Notes: generated from the letters alone by a model not told the origin. A stretch of DNA of 64,000 bases from Alphaproteobacteria bacterium (GCA_964291395.2 OZ219858.1:768001-832000); one strand, 5' to 3'. Positions 51,230 through 61,878 are shown, counted from the stretch's first letter. A program made the numbers and translations.

Positions 51230-51350
51230 AGCGCATCGACGACGAAGCCTTCGTGACCGGTGCTCTCCAGGATGGGCAGTTGGTGGTTACCGGCGGCATT
51301 CAGTTTGTCACGGAAGGCATGGTCGTACGAACCGGAGCCGACACTGCGGG
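51230..51350 (+). pseudogene. C-terminal fragment of an RND membrane-fusion protein (AcrA-like)
   Basis: DDEAFVTGALQDGQLVVTGGIQFVTEGMVVR resembles the MFP C-terminal GL..G..VV..G....eG..V pattern. Confidence 0.55.
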
Positions 51351-51356
51351 ACGAAT

Positions 51357-52430
51357 TCAAGCGAGAAGTCGCGGGGAGAAGCCCGCGGGCCGATCGTCAT
51401 CCCGGCGGTCTGGATAGAACTGTTCGCAATAGCGCCGATACCTCCCGATTTCGCCGTCGGAGCCGCTCAGACGGGGACGGGGTCGATACCGCTTCCGGCT
51501 CCATATCACGACGTCCTGCAACACGTCCCGCTTTTGCGCGGCCATGGTGATTTTCCTCATGATCGTGGTGCGCAGGCGCGGAGGAAGGAATCGCATACCG
51601 ACGATGGGCCGTTTCGGTGCGCGGATTTCCCGCACCTGCCCGACCAGCACCATTTCGATGAGCGTACCGTCCACGGGCGTTGCGAGCACCCACAGACGTG
51701 TTTCCATGTCGAAAAAACGTTCGTGAACCTCGACGAACGAATAGCCCAGCCCGTACACGTGGGTCACGGCGGAGACATCGTACGCAAAGCTGGCGATTCC
51801 GGCGATAGTCTGGGTTCGCTTGAAATCGAAACAGCTTCTTAAATAGACGCCGTCCACCGACATGGTTCCTACCCGGTTCACGCCGCCGTAGCCGTGCACG
51901 TACCGCAGGTGCGCGAGGTCCACGGCGTTCTCGGTCGTTTCCTGGGGATGGCCGGGGAACTGGACCGTCCAGAATTCCATTTCGCCCCAGTCGGCCCCGC
52001 CCGGCGGATCTTTGGGAAGGCTCCATTGCGGAGGCCGCCCGCCGCTTCCCCACCAAGCGAAAACCAGGCCGAGAATCTCCCGTGTCTGGAACACCTTCAG
52101 TCTGGCTGCTCGGGGTGCCGGGGCAAAGGGCGTGGCGACGCATTGGCCGGTTGCATCGTATTCGAATCCGTGGAACGGGCAGACCAGGCGGCCGTTGCGT
52201 ACTTTCCCCCCCGCTTCCGGGCCCAGCTCGGCACCCAGATGCGCACATACCGCCTCTGCCACGCAGACGCGCCCCTCTTCGTCGCACCAGGCGACGACTT
52301 GCCGACCCAGCCAGCATTTCTGGATCAGCTTCCGCTTCGATATCGCTTGACGACTGGCGACGAAATACCAGCCTTCGGGAAACGGAGAAAGCGAGGAGAG
52401 GTCATCACTCTCGCTTTGACTTGCCTGCAT
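51357..52430 (-). CDS. Rieske [2Fe-2S] non-heme iron oxygenase (KshA/Neverland-like)
   Basis: FPEGWY, CAHLG...CPFHG, ENAVDLAHLRYVHG, QDVVIWSRKRY. Confidence 0.85.
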   Translation of the reverse strand: MQASQSESDDLSSLSPFPEGWYFVASRQAISKRKLIQKCWLGRQVVAWCDEEGRVCVAEAVCAHLGAELGPEAGGKVRNGRLVCPFHGFEYDATGQCVATPFAPAPRAARLKVFQTREILGLVFAWWGSGGRPPQWSLPKDPPGGADWGEMEFWTVQFPGHPQETTENAVDLAHLRYVHGYGGVNRVGTMSVDGVYLRSCFDFKRTQTIAGIASFAYDVSAVTHVYGLGYSFVEVHERFFDMETRLWVLATPVDGTLIEMVLVGQVREIRAPKRPIVGMRFLPPRLRTTIMRKITMAAQKRDVLQDVVIWSRKRYRPRPRLSGSDGEIGRYRRYCEQFYPDRRDDDRPAGFSPRLLA

Positions 52431-52653
52431 TTCTCGCCGGCATCCCTTGTTCTGACGGCCACGAGTCCGCCCGGGTCGGGCAGCCGACGCGAAAGTACCA
52501 GAATGCTGCTGTTCGCGGTATCGGGAGATGCAGGAAGCGGTACTCTGCCGGGGGCGGCGATTCCAGCATTTTTGCAGCGCCGACAACGGTCCATGTGGCA
52601 CGATAGCGCCGATATCGTCCTCACTCCCATTCCTTCAAGAGGCAACACCCGAC

Positions 52654-53097
52654 ATGGAACAAGCGCCCTACATCACCCTCGATCAGTGTCAGGCCGCCAT
52701 GGCCGCCATGCTCGAAGCCGCGCGGAAGAAGCCCGAGCATCCCGTGGCCATGGCCATCGTCGACGACGGCGGCGTTCTGCTCGCCTACCAGCAGATGGAC
52801 CGGTTGCGCATGTTCACCCGCACCCACGCCATCCGCAAGGCCTACACGGCGGCGATCACCGGCATGAACAGCGGTGCGCACGGCGAGTGGATGGCCGAGC
52901 GCGGGCTCACCGTTCGGGAGCTCGGCGGCGATCTTCAACTCACCCCGGGCTTCGGCGGCGTGGTGGTACGCTCGAGCATCCATGATCCGGACGATTTCCA
53001 CACCAATGTCATGGGCGGGATCGGCGTTGGCGGCTACCTTTCCGGCAAGGAGGACGAGGAGCTCGCCCTGATCGGGCTCAAGGCGATGAACGCATAG
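52654..53097 (+). CDS. GlcG/HbpS family heme-binding protein
   Basis: AIVDDGG.LLA...MD, KAYTAA, GGIGVGG...DEELA. Confidence 0.85.
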   Translation: MEQAPYITLDQCQAAMAAMLEAARKKPEHPVAMAIVDDGGVLLAYQQMDRLRMFTRTHAIRKAYTAAITGMNSGAHGEWMAERGLTVRELGGDLQLTPGFGGVVVRSSIHDPDDFHTNVMGGIGVGGYLSGKEDEELALIGLKAMNA

Positions 53098-53341
53098 CCG
53101 GTGCGACGGGTGCGCCGCGGAGTCCAAGCAGCCGGTTGAAACGTAAGGACTTATCGGGAATCTGCCGGAAATTCGCACCCCCCAGACATCATGCGAATTG
53201 CGCGAACTTCCTCGATTGTTAACGAGCCGCGAGCCGCGCTATGTTTGGCGGAGGGACCGCCGTGCGGGTAGCGTGGAGGCAGACCTCACCGGCCGACGCT
53301 TCGGCGGCCCCGACGCACTCCACCAGGGAGGTGACGGGATC

Positions 53342-54811
53342 ATGTCATCAGGTTTGAGCGCCGCGGAGATCCGCGGGAAATTCGATCATCCGGTCATCGA
53401 CGCGGACGGGCATATCGTCGAAATCGCTCCGGTCTACGAGGAATACATTGCCAAGGCGGCCGGGCCGGAGGTCCGCGACCGCGCGGTCGACAGCATGAAG
53501 GCCCCCCTCCGCCTCTGGTATGACCTGAGCGAGGAGGAGCGCTTCCAGCGCCATCTCACCCGCCCGCCGTTCTGGGTGCATCCGGCGTCCAACAGCTACG
53601 ACCTGGCCACCGCCGTGCTGCCGAGCCTCATGCGTGCGCGCATGGACGAGATCGGCGTCGACCTCAGCATCGTCTACCCGACCTTCGGGCTGCAGGTGCC
53701 CCGTATCCAGGACGACGAGATCCGCCGCGCCATGTGCCGGGCGCTGAACCTCATGCATCACGAGCTGTTCTCGGATCACGCCGATCGCCTGATCCCGGCG
53801 GCGACGATCCCGATGCAGACTCCCGACGAGGCGCTCGACGAGATCAGGTACGCCTGCGACGAGCTCGGCTACAAGGTGGTCATGCTCCAGGGCATCGTCC
53901 GCCGGCCGTTCCTCGACCAGGACGGCAAGCCCGTGCCCGGCAACCCGGTGTGGGTCGACCCCCTGGGCATCGACAGCCTCTACGACTACGACCCGCTGTG
54001 GCAGGCGCTGGTCGACCGGGGCATCCCGGCGAACATGCACACGGGCGCCATGAGCGTCGGCATGCGCGCCTCGCCGAGCAACTACGTCTACAACCACATC
54101 GGTCACTTCGCCTCGGCGCACGAGGCCTGCTGCAAGGCCCTGCTGCTCGGCGGCGTGACCCGGCGGTTTCCGGAGCTGGCCTTCGGATTCCTGGAGGGCG
54201 GCGTGGGTTGGGCGACGACGCTCTACGGCGACCTCATCGCCCATTGGGAGAAGCGCAACGGCGACGCCATCCAGGACCTGAATCCGAAGACCATAGATTT
54301 CGCGCGCTTCCGCGAGCTCTGCGACGAATATGCCGTGCCGGACCATCGCGCCGCGCTGGAGCCCTTCACCGAGAACTGCCACTGGTTCTTCGCCGCCGAT
54401 CTCGAGCAGGCGCCCGAGGCCGAGGACGAATGGGCCAAGAGCGGCATCCGCACCGACGAGGACTTCGCCAGGATCTTCTCCCGTCATTTCTACTTCGGCT
54501 GCGAGGCCGACGACCGGGCCGTCGCCGGCGCCTTCAACACCAAGGCCAATCCGTTCGGCGCCCGCCTCAACGCGCTGTTCAGCTCCGACATCGGCCACTG
54601 GGACGTGCCCGACATCGCCGGGGTGCTGGCCGAGGCCTACGAGCTGGTCGACGACGAGTTGATCGACGAAGCCGATTTCCGGGACTTCGTGTTCACGAAC
54701 ACGGTCCGCCTGCAGACCCTGAACCGGCCCGACTTCTTCGAGGGCACCGCCGTCGAGGATGCGGTGAACGAGTTTCTGGCGGCGGAGTCCCGGGCTCAGG
54801 CCGCGGAATAG
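53342..54811 (+). CDS. Amidohydrolase_2 family protein
   Basis: IDADGH, YDPLW, RFPEL.FGFLEGG.GW, FGCEADD, FSSDIGHWD. Confidence 0.85.
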   Translation: MSSGLSAAEIRGKFDHPVIDADGHIVEIAPVYEEYIAKAAGPEVRDRAVDSMKAPLRLWYDLSEEERFQRHLTRPPFWVHPASNSYDLATAVLPSLMRARMDEIGVDLSIVYPTFGLQVPRIQDDEIRRAMCRALNLMHHELFSDHADRLIPAATIPMQTPDEALDEIRYACDELGYKVVMLQGIVRRPFLDQDGKPVPGNPVWVDPLGIDSLYDYDPLWQALVDRGIPANMHTGAMSVGMRASPSNYVYNHIGHFASAHEACCKALLLGGVTRRFPELAFGFLEGGVGWATTLYGDLIAHWEKRNGDAIQDLNPKTIDFARFRELCDEYAVPDHRAALEPFTENCHWFFAADLEQAPEAEDEWAKSGIRTDEDFARIFSRHFYFGCEADDRAVAGAFNTKANPFGARLNALFSSDIGHWDVPDIAGVLAEAYELVDDELIDEADFRDFVFTNTVRLQTLNRPDFFEGTAVEDAVNEFLAAESRAQAAE

Positions 54812-54846
54812 AGCCGACGGTCGACTCGTCCCGATCCGATGGGACC

Positions 54847-55491
54847 ATGAAGCTCTACAACACGTACATCTCGTCCGCGAGCTACCGCGTCCGCATCGCC
54901 CTGAACCTCAAGGGGTTGGAGTACGAGTTCGTCAGCGTGAACCCGTTCAAGGGCGACAACCTCAAGCCCGAGTATCTGGCGGTGAACCCGCAGGGCGTGG
55001 TGCCGACCCTGGTCGACGGCCGTCACACGTTGACCCAGAGCCTAGCGATCATCGAGTACCTCGAGGAGACCCGCCCCGATCCGCCGCTGCTGCCGACGGA
55101 CCCGCTGGGGCGGGCCCGGGTGCGGGCGCTGGCGCTCGTGCCCGCCTGCGAGATGCATCCCATCAACACGCCCCGCGTCCGGAAGCATCTCACCAACGAT
55201 CTCGGCCTCGACCAGGAGACGTCGATCGCCTGGGGCGGTCACTGGAACGGGCTGGGATTCGGCACCCTGGAGGCCCTGCTCAACGACAGTCCACACACCG
55301 GCACGTTCTGCCACGGCGACAGCCCGACCCTGGCCGATCTCTGCCTCGTGCCGCAACTCTTCGTCGCGCGGATCGTGCAGACCGACGTCTCGTCCTATCC
55401 GACGCTGCTCAGGATCGAGGAGGCTTGCCTAGCGTTGCCCGAGTTTCGGGCCGCCATGCCCGAGAACCAGCCGGATTCACCTTCCTCCTGA
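54847..55491 (+). CDS. maiA: Maleylacetoacetate isomerase (GST zeta)
   Basis: [48 protein letters not shown]. Confidence 0.88.
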   Translation: MKLYNTYISSASYRVRIALNLKGLEYEFVSVNPFKGDNLKPEYLAVNPQGVVPTLVDGRHTLTQSLAIIEYLEETRPDPPLLPTDPLGRARVRALALVPACEMHPINTPRVRKHLTNDLGLDQETSIAWGGHWNGLGFGTLEALLNDSPHTGTFCHGDSPTLADLCLVPQLFVARIVQTDVSSYPTLLRIEEACLALPEFRAAMPENQPDSPSS

Positions 55492-55630
55492 CCCCCGCCT
55501 CTGTCGCCGGGAGCGGCCGACTCCGGATCTCGGCGGCGCCGAACGGCGTCACACGTTGGTCACAATGGCCGCGCATTTCTGTATGGTCCCCCGATCGGCA
55601 AACAAGGGATTCGTCGGGAAACGCGGTCGA

Positions 55631-56701
55631 ATGGCAACTCGCATCGGTATCAACGGCATGGGCCGCATCGGCCGCCTGGTGCTTCGCGCCATCCTGGGTG
55701 GGGTGCGGGACTACACGCTGCCCGGCTCCGAGCCCCTGGAGGTCGTGCACCTGAATGAGATCGCCGGCGACGCCGCGACGATCGCCCATCTGCTGGAGTT
55801 CGACAGCGTCCACGGCCGCTGGCGCGAACGCATCGCGTCGTCGGACCGGTCCGTCACCGTCGGCGGCGTCGAGATCGGACACTCGTCCGAAGCCGCGCCG
55901 GGCGACGTCGACTGGGGTGCGCTGGGAGTCGAGATGGTCCTCGAGTGCACGGGCAAATTCCGCACGCCCGCTTTGCTGGCGCCCTATTTCGAGAGGGACG
56001 TGAGCAAGGTGATCGTGGCCGCGCCGGTGAAGGAAGGCGCCCTGAACATCGTCATGGGGGTCAACGATCACCTCTACGACCCCGATCGGCACGACATCCT
56101 CACCGCCGCATCCTGCACGACCAACTGCCTGGCACCGGTGGTCAAGGTGATCCATGAAACCCTCGGCATCCGCCACGGCGTCATCACCACAATCCACGAC
56201 GTGACCAACACGCAGGTCGTCATCGACGCCCCGCACAAGGACTTGCGCCGGGCCCGATCGTCGCTGTCGTCGCTCATTCCGACGACCACGGGTTCGGCCA
56301 CGGCGATCGGCCTCATCTATCCCGAGCTCCGGGGCAAGCTGAACGGAATCGCCGTACGGGTGCCGCTTCTGAACGCCTCACTGACCGATTGCGTGTTCGA
56401 GGTGTCGACCCCGACCGCCGTCGACGAGGTGAACAGCCGGTTGCGCGAGGCGGCCGGCGGGCCGCTTTCCGGTATTCTGGGGTTCGAGGATCGGCCCCTG
56501 GTCTCGGCCGATTACGTGGACGACGTCCGGTCATCGATCGTCGACGGGCCGGCGACGATGGTGGTGGACGACACACAGGTGAAAATATTGGCCTGGTACG
56601 ACAACGAGATGGGCTACGCCTGCCGCATGGCCGAGCTGGCCGTGAAGGCCGCCGTCGGGCTCGCGGCGTCCGCAAGCCCGACGGCGGCGGCTGCGCAATG
56701 A
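55631..56701 (+). CDS. ArsJ-associated glyceraldehyde-3-phosphate dehydrogenase
   Basis: [40 protein letters not shown]; overlaps arsJ start. Confidence 0.9.
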   Translation: MATRIGINGMGRIGRLVLRAILGGVRDYTLPGSEPLEVVHLNEIAGDAATIAHLLEFDSVHGRWRERIASSDRSVTVGGVEIGHSSEAAPGDVDWGALGVEMVLECTGKFRTPALLAPYFERDVSKVIVAAPVKEGALNIVMGVNDHLYDPDRHDILTAASCTTNCLAPVVKVIHETLGIRHGVITTIHDVTNTQVVIDAPHKDLRRARSSLSSLIPTTTGSATAIGLIYPELRGKLNGIAVRVPLLNASLTDCVFEVSTPTAVDEVNSRLREAAGGPLSGILGFEDRPLVSADYVDDVRSSIVDGPATMVVDDTQVKILAWYDNEMGYACRMAELAVKAAVGLAASASPTAAAAQ

Positions 56702-57954
56702 CGGATCTGCGCAACTACGCAGTGGTGACCGCGGCCTATTGGACGTTCACGCTGTCCGACGGCGCGTTGCGCATGCTCGTGCTGCTTCACTTCTACACGC
56801 TCGGATTCACACCCTTTCAGCTCGCCTTCCTGTTCCTGCTCTACGAGTTCTTCGGCGTCGTCACCAACCTGCTCGGCGGCTGGGTCGGTTCGCGGGTCGG
56901 CATCAAGGTCACGCTTTGCGCCGGGCTCGCCCTGCAGGTCCTGGCGCTGCTCATGCTCTCGGGTCTCGATGACCGTTGGGCGTTGCTGCTCTCCATCGCC
57001 TACGTCGTGGTGGCACAGGGACTCTCGGGCATCGCCAAGGATCTCACCAAGATGAGCTCCAAGAGCGCCATCAAGCTGGTCGTGCCCGAGGATGCCCATG
57101 GCGCGCTGTTCAAGTGGGTGGCGCTGCTCACCGGCTCGAAGAACGCCCTCAAGGGCGTCGGCTTCTTTCTCGGGGGTCTGCTCCTCGGGACCCTCGGCTT
57201 CGTCGCCGCGCTCTGGGCGATGGCGGCCGTTCTGGGGCTGGCGCTGGCCTCTACGGCGGGCATGCTGCCGGGGACCCTGGGCCAAGCCAAGGAGAAGGAG
57301 AAGTTCAGCCGAATCTTCTCCAAGACCCCGGAGATCAACCTGCTGTCGGGCGCGCGATTCTTTCTGTTCGGTGCCCGGGACGTGTGGTTCGTCGTCGGGG
57401 TCCCGATCTTTCTCTACGGAACGCTGAACTGGACCTTCACGCAGGTGGGGACGTTCCTCGCCGCGTGGGTCATCGGTTACGGCGTGGTTCAGGCGGCCGC
57501 GCCGGGGTTCGTGCGCCGGTCGGCGGACGGGCGGTCGGCCGAGACCCGGGCCGCGCGTCTGTGGGCGTTCGTGCTGGCGCTGGTCCCGATCGCTATGGTG
57601 CTGGTCCTGTCCCTGGAAGGCCGGGTCGGAGCCGCCTGGCCGGCGCCGGGGTGGACGATCATCGTCGGCCTGGGAGTTTTCGGGTTCGTCTTCGCGGTCA
57701 ATTCATCGGTGCACTCCTATCTGATCCTGGCGTACACCGAGTCGGACAACGTCGCCCTCAACGTCGGTTTCTACTATATGGCCAACGCGGGCGGACGTCT
57801 GGTCGGGACGTTGCTGTCGGGACTGACGTACCAGTTCGCGGGATTGACGGGATGCCTGCTGACGGCATCCGCCATGGTGGCGCTAAGCTGGCTGATCGCG
57901 CTCGCCCTGCCCGCCGCATCCGCCGACGTCGACGCCGCGGTGCCCGCGGACTGA
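56698..57954 (+). CDS. arsJ: Organoarsenical efflux MFS transporter ArsJ
   Basis: [48 protein letters not shown]. Confidence 0.9.
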   Translation: MTDLRNYAVVTAAYWTFTLSDGALRMLVLLHFYTLGFTPFQLAFLFLLYEFFGVVTNLLGGWVGSRVGIKVTLCAGLALQVLALLMLSGLDDRWALLLSIAYVVVAQGLSGIAKDLTKMSSKSAIKLVVPEDAHGALFKWVALLTGSKNALKGVGFFLGGLLLGTLGFVAALWAMAAVLGLALASTAGMLPGTLGQAKEKEKFSRIFSKTPEINLLSGARFFLFGARDVWFVVGVPIFLYGTLNWTFTQVGTFLAAWVIGYGVVQAAAPGFVRRSADGRSAETRAARLWAFVLALVPIAMVLVLSLEGRVGAAWPAPGWTIIVGLGVFGFVFAVNSSVHSYLILAYTESDNVALNVGFYYMANAGGRLVGTLLSGLTYQFAGLTGCLLTASAMVALSWLIALALPAASADVDAAVPAD

Positions 57955-58101
57955 TCGCCCACTCTCTCCAGACGACCGCTTCCCCCAAGAATCGACCGCG
58001 GTTTCCGGGCGCTGAAACGCCTCGGCAACCCACGCTATTATTCCCGCTGACGCGCCGCGGGCGTTGCGCTCTCCGGAGCGTCACCATGAGGGAGGAATTC
58101 G

Positions 58102-59139
58102 ATGATTTTCCGGCAGCTGTTCGATGCCACTTCGAGCACCTATACCTACATCCTGGCGAGCCGCCGGGGCGGCGAAGCCATGATCATCGATCCCGTCCTC
58201 GAACGGGTGGATCAGTACCTTCGCGTCCTCGACGAGCTCGGCTGCCGGCTCGTGAAAGCTGTGGACACCCACGTGCACGCGGACCACATCACGGGCCTCG
58301 GCGCGCTGCGGGACAAAACCCGGTGCATCACGGTCATGGGGGACCAGAGCTCGGCCGACGTCGTGTCCATGCGCGTTCGAGAAGGCGAGACCATCGACGT
58401 GGACGGGATATCACTGGAGGTGTTGTACACCCCGGGTCACACGGACGATTCCTACAGCTTCGTTCTGGACGATCGCGTCTTCACGGGAGACACGTTGCTC
58501 ATCCGAGGCACGGGCCGCACCGATTTCCAGCACGGGGATCCCCGCGCCCAATACGATTCCATCTTCAACAAGCTGCTGAAGCTTCCGGCCGAGACGCTGG
58601 TATATCCCGCACACGACTACAAGGGAGAGACGGTCAGCACCATCGGCGAGGAGGCGATTCACAACCCCCGACTGCAGGTGTCTTCCATCGAGGAATACGT
58701 CGACGTCATGAACGGATTGAACCTGGCCCACCCGAAGATGATCGACGTCGCGGTTCCGGCCAACCGGCAGATCGGCGCCCCGCAGGAAGACGACGAGGAT
58801 ACGTCCTGGGCGCTGACTCCCGGGGACGCGATGACCCTGATCGCCAAGCCCGACACGTTGCTGGTCGATCTCCGGGAGGACGTCGAGCGGACACGGGATG
58901 GTGTGATCCCCAATTCCGTCCGCGCGCCCTACAAGGCCCTCGACGACCTCGTCCGGCCCGGCGGCATGCTGCGTTACGAGACCGCCCAAGGCGGCAAGCG
59001 GATCGTCTTCTACTGCGCCTTCGGCGAGCGCTCCACGCTCGCCGTCAAGACCGCGCGAGAGGCCGGGCTCGACAACGTGTGCCACGTCGTCGGCGGCATC
59101 GATGCGTGGGCTTCCGCGGGCGGAACGCTCGAACGCTGA
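58102..59139 (+). CDS. Persulfide dioxygenase (ETHE1-like MBL)-rhodanese fusion
   Basis: MIFRQLFD, THVHADHITG, TPGHT, GTGRTDFQ, PAHDY; C-terminal rhodanese YCAFGERS. Confidence 0.88.
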   Translation: MIFRQLFDATSSTYTYILASRRGGEAMIIDPVLERVDQYLRVLDELGCRLVKAVDTHVHADHITGLGALRDKTRCITVMGDQSSADVVSMRVREGETIDVDGISLEVLYTPGHTDDSYSFVLDDRVFTGDTLLIRGTGRTDFQHGDPRAQYDSIFNKLLKLPAETLVYPAHDYKGETVSTIGEEAIHNPRLQVSSIEEYVDVMNGLNLAHPKMIDVAVPANRQIGAPQEDDEDTSWALTPGDAMTLIAKPDTLLVDLREDVERTRDGVIPNSVRAPYKALDDLVRPGGMLRYETAQGGKRIVFYCAFGERSTLAVKTAREAGLDNVCHVVGGIDAWASAGGTLER

Positions 59140-59160
59140 TCGACCGCCGGGGGAAGCGGA

Positions 59161-59913
59161 TCAAAGCCCTCGCGCACACGGCCGAGGGCTCGAAGCAGGC
59201 GCGTCGACTGTCGCCGCGGCGCTGTCGGCCGACCCGCCGCCAATCCAAGTCCCGAGGAACTCGCGCGCCCAGCGCACGACGCCCGGCTCGTAGCGGCGCC
59301 GACCTCGCAGCTGCTCTTCCGGCGACTGAGCGCCGAGCCGCTTTTTCCAGGTGTCGCCGGACATCCAGCGGCGCTGGATCCCGTACGTCACTTCGGGATG
59401 GAACTGCAGCGCGTAAGCGTTGCCGAACCGATACGCCTGGTTCTCGAACCGCTCACTGCTGGCGAGGCGTTCCGCGCCACGGGGCAGATCCATGCCTTCG
59501 CGATGCCATTGATACATGTGGGTGACGCCCCCGAAGAGGGAAGCGCCCGCTTCCGTGGGCCGGACACGATAGTAGCCGACCTCGGACAGACCCTGCGGAT
59601 GAGTCCACACGGCGCCCCCGAGCGCGCGGGTGAGCAGTTGGGCGCCGAGGCAGATGCCGAGAAACGGCTTGTCCGAATCCAGGACCGTCGGAATCCAGTC
59701 GATCTCCGCACGGATGAAGTCGGTGTCGTCGTTGGCGCTCATCGGTCCGCCGAAGACGACCGCGCCCGCATGCCCGTCCATCGTCTGGGGGAGCGGGTCG
59801 CCCCCGCTGGGGCGCCGGATGTCGAGGTCGTGGCCCATCGCTCGGAGAATGCGCGCTACTCGGCCGGGATCGGATCTCCTTTGGTGGACGACGAGCAGTA
59901 CGGGATCGGCCAT
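59161..59913 (-). CDS. Class I glutamine amidotransferase-like protein
   Basis: FGGPMSAND, GICLGAQL, QWH, QFHPE. Confidence 0.88.
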   Translation of the reverse strand: MADPVLLVVHQRRSDPGRVARILRAMGHDLDIRRPSGGDPLPQTMDGHAGAVVFGGPMSANDDTDFIRAEIDWIPTVLDSDKPFLGICLGAQLLTRALGGAVWTHPQGLSEVGYYRVRPTEAGASLFGGVTHMYQWHREGMDLPRGAERLASSERFENQAYRFGNAYALQFHPEVTYGIQRRWMSGDTWKKRLGAQSPEEQLRGRRRYEPGVVRWAREFLGTWIGGGSADSAAATVDAPASSPRPCARGL

Positions 59914-59962
59914 GGCGCCGAGACCATATAGGGCGAGGCGGACGGACCGCAACCTCTTCCAC

Positions 59963-60730
59963 TCATTGTGCCGTGACTCCGCCGTCGACGACGAATTCGG
60001 CGCCGGTGACGAACTTCGATTCATCGGAGGCGAGATAGACGATCATGTGCGCCACGTCGTCAGGCTCCCCGATTTCGCCGAGGGGAATCTGCCGCGCGAG
60101 CTTTTGGCGCGTCCGCTCGGGATCGTCCGACGCGTCGATCATCGACCGCACCATGGCCGTCTCGATGAAGGTGGGATGAACCGAGTTGCAGCGAATGCCG
60201 TAGCCTGCCCGCGCGCAGTGGAGCGCGACGGATTTGGTCAACAGGCGGACACCCCCCTTCGAGGAATTATAGGCCGCCAGGTTGTGACCGCCGATCAGCC
60301 CGGAAACCGACGACAGGTTGATGATCGACCCGCCGCCGCGCTTCATCACCTCGACCCCGTGCCGACAGCCGAGGAAGACTCCATCGAGATTCACGGCGTG
60401 GACGTGCCGCCACGCCGCGAGCGACAGCGACTCGACGTCCCCCAAGACCACCACGCCGGCATTGTTGACGAGCACGTCGAGCCGACCGAAGGCCTCCAGC
60501 GTGGCCTCCATGGCGCGGGACCAGTCTTCCGGTCGCGTGACGTCGAGCCGCTCGAAGCGCCCGGACGCGCCGATTTCCGAGGCAACGTCGTCTCCCGCCT
60601 CGTCCAGGATATCCGTGACCACGACCCGCGCGCCCTGTTCCGCCATACGGATAGCGGCGGCCCGGCCGAGGCCGGCGGCCGCGCCCGTCACCAGGGCGAC
60701 CTTGCCGTCGAGCCTGCCGGTCGAGGCCAT
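59963..60730 (-). CDS. SDR oxidoreductase (3-beta-HSD/cyclopentanol dehydrogenase-like)
   Basis: TGAAAGLG, NNAG, YNSSKGG, CNSVHP. Confidence 0.9.
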   Translation of the reverse strand: MASTGRLDGKVALVTGAAAGLGRAAAIRMAEQGARVVVTDILDEAGDDVASEIGASGRFERLDVTRPEDWSRAMEATLEAFGRLDVLVNNAGVVVLGDVESLSLAAWRHVHAVNLDGVFLGCRHGVEVMKRGGGSIINLSSVSGLIGGHNLAAYNSSKGGVRLLTKSVALHCARAGYGIRCNSVHPTFIETAMVRSMIDASDDPERTRQKLARQIPLGEIGEPDDVAHMIVYLASDESKFVTGAEFVVDGGVTAQ

Positions 60731-60852
60731 GTCATGCCGTTCCGTACGACGTGCCGTTCATCGTCCAACTGTGCGGCTGTCGACCGGCGGGAATCAAGGG
60801 TGAATCCCTCTGGAGCACAGCACAGGGGCCGATCGACTCGCCGGAGCGGGGC

Positions 60853-61338
60853 GGCGACAAAGAGGCGTTCCTTCGCGGCCTCGTCCGTCCCCACGGTCTC
60901 GCCATTCACGACGGATATCTCTACATCGGAGAGCCTAGTCGGATCGTCCGGGTTCCCTACGAACCCGGAGACCTCAAGACCGGCGGCAATACGGAAACGG
61001 TCGGCGGAAACCGCTCGCTCGGCAGCGGTGGCGGACACTGGACGCGGAACATCGCCTTCGCTCCGGACCATAAGACCTTCTACGTCGCGGTCGGCAGCGC
61101 CGGCAACACCAACCCGGAGGACCCGCCCCGGGTGACCGTCCAGCGCTTCGACGCCGACGGCGCCGGGCAGTCCACCTTCGCAACGGGCCTGCGCAATCCG
61201 GTCGGTATCGCCTTCCACCCGGATACGGACGAGCTCTACGTCGTGGTCAACGAGCGGGACGGGTTGGGCGACGATCTCGTACCCGACTATCTCACCCGCG
61301 TACGCGAGAGGGACTTCTTCGGCTGGCCCTACGCCTAT
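60853..61338 (+). pseudogene. Internal fragment of a sorbosone/PQQ sugar dehydrogenase
   Basis: RPHGLA, GHWTRNI, GLRNPVG, VNERDGLGDDLVPDYLT, FFGWPYAY; both termini missing. Confidence 0.75.
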
Positions 61339-61374
61339 CGGCGGAACTGGACCCGCGCCGCGGCCCGCGGAAGC

Positions 61375-61450
61375 TGGTGGAGCCGAGGGGAATCGAACCC
61401 CTGACCTCGACATTGCGAACGTCGCGCTCTCCCAACTGAGCTACGGCCCC
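61375..61450 (-). tRNA. tRNA-Ala (anticodon CGC)
   Basis: GGGGCCGTAGCTCAGTTGGGAGAGCGCGACGTTCGCAATGTCGAGGTCAGGGGTTCGATTCCCCTCGGCTCCACCA; G3:U70 pair, CCA end. Confidence 0.97.
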
Positions 61451-61492
61451 AAACGTCGTGCTTTCGCCCGCGGTGTGGCGGGAGGCGCGGGG

Positions 61493-61521
61493 ATAATGGG
61501 TAGGGCCCCGAATGCTGTCAA
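61493..61521 (-). promoter_or_regulatory. Sigma70 promoter of tRNA-Ala
   Basis: TTGACA-N17-CATTAT on the minus strand. Confidence 0.65.
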
Positions 61522-61584
61522 GGCGTGTGGCGAGGTGCTATAGATTATGCCGATCGCCGAGACGCAGAGGCTCGGAGCCGGGTT

Positions 61585-61878
61585 ATGTATTCGCTTCTCC
61601 AACTCATCAGCACCGTCATCACGCTTTACATATGGGCGCTCATCATCTCAGCGGTGCTGAGTTGGCTGGTCGCATTCAACGTGATCAACACCGGGAACCG
61701 ATTCGTCTACATGGTGGGCGACTTCCTGTATCGCATCACCGAACCGGCGCTGAGGCCCATCCGCAGGTTCATCCCTCTTCTGGGCGGGATCGATATCTCA
61801 CCGGTGGTGCTCATCCTCATCCTGATCTTCTTGCGCAACTTCATGTTCGAGATTTTCCTGGGCCAGGGTGGCTTCTGA
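61585..61878 (+). CDS. yggT: YggT family membrane protein
   Basis: LSWLVAFNVINT.N.FV, ITEPALRPIRR, GIDISP. Confidence 0.9.
   Translation: MYSLLQLISTVITLYIWALIISAVLSWLVAFNVINTGNRFVYMVGDFLYRITEPALRPIRRFIPLLGGIDISPVVLILILIFLRNFMFEIFLGQGGF

Noticed and set aside
55631-56701. Calling this the glycolytic gapA
   Set aside because: [13 protein letters not shown] variant and coupling to arsJ indicate the arsenate-detox paralogue.
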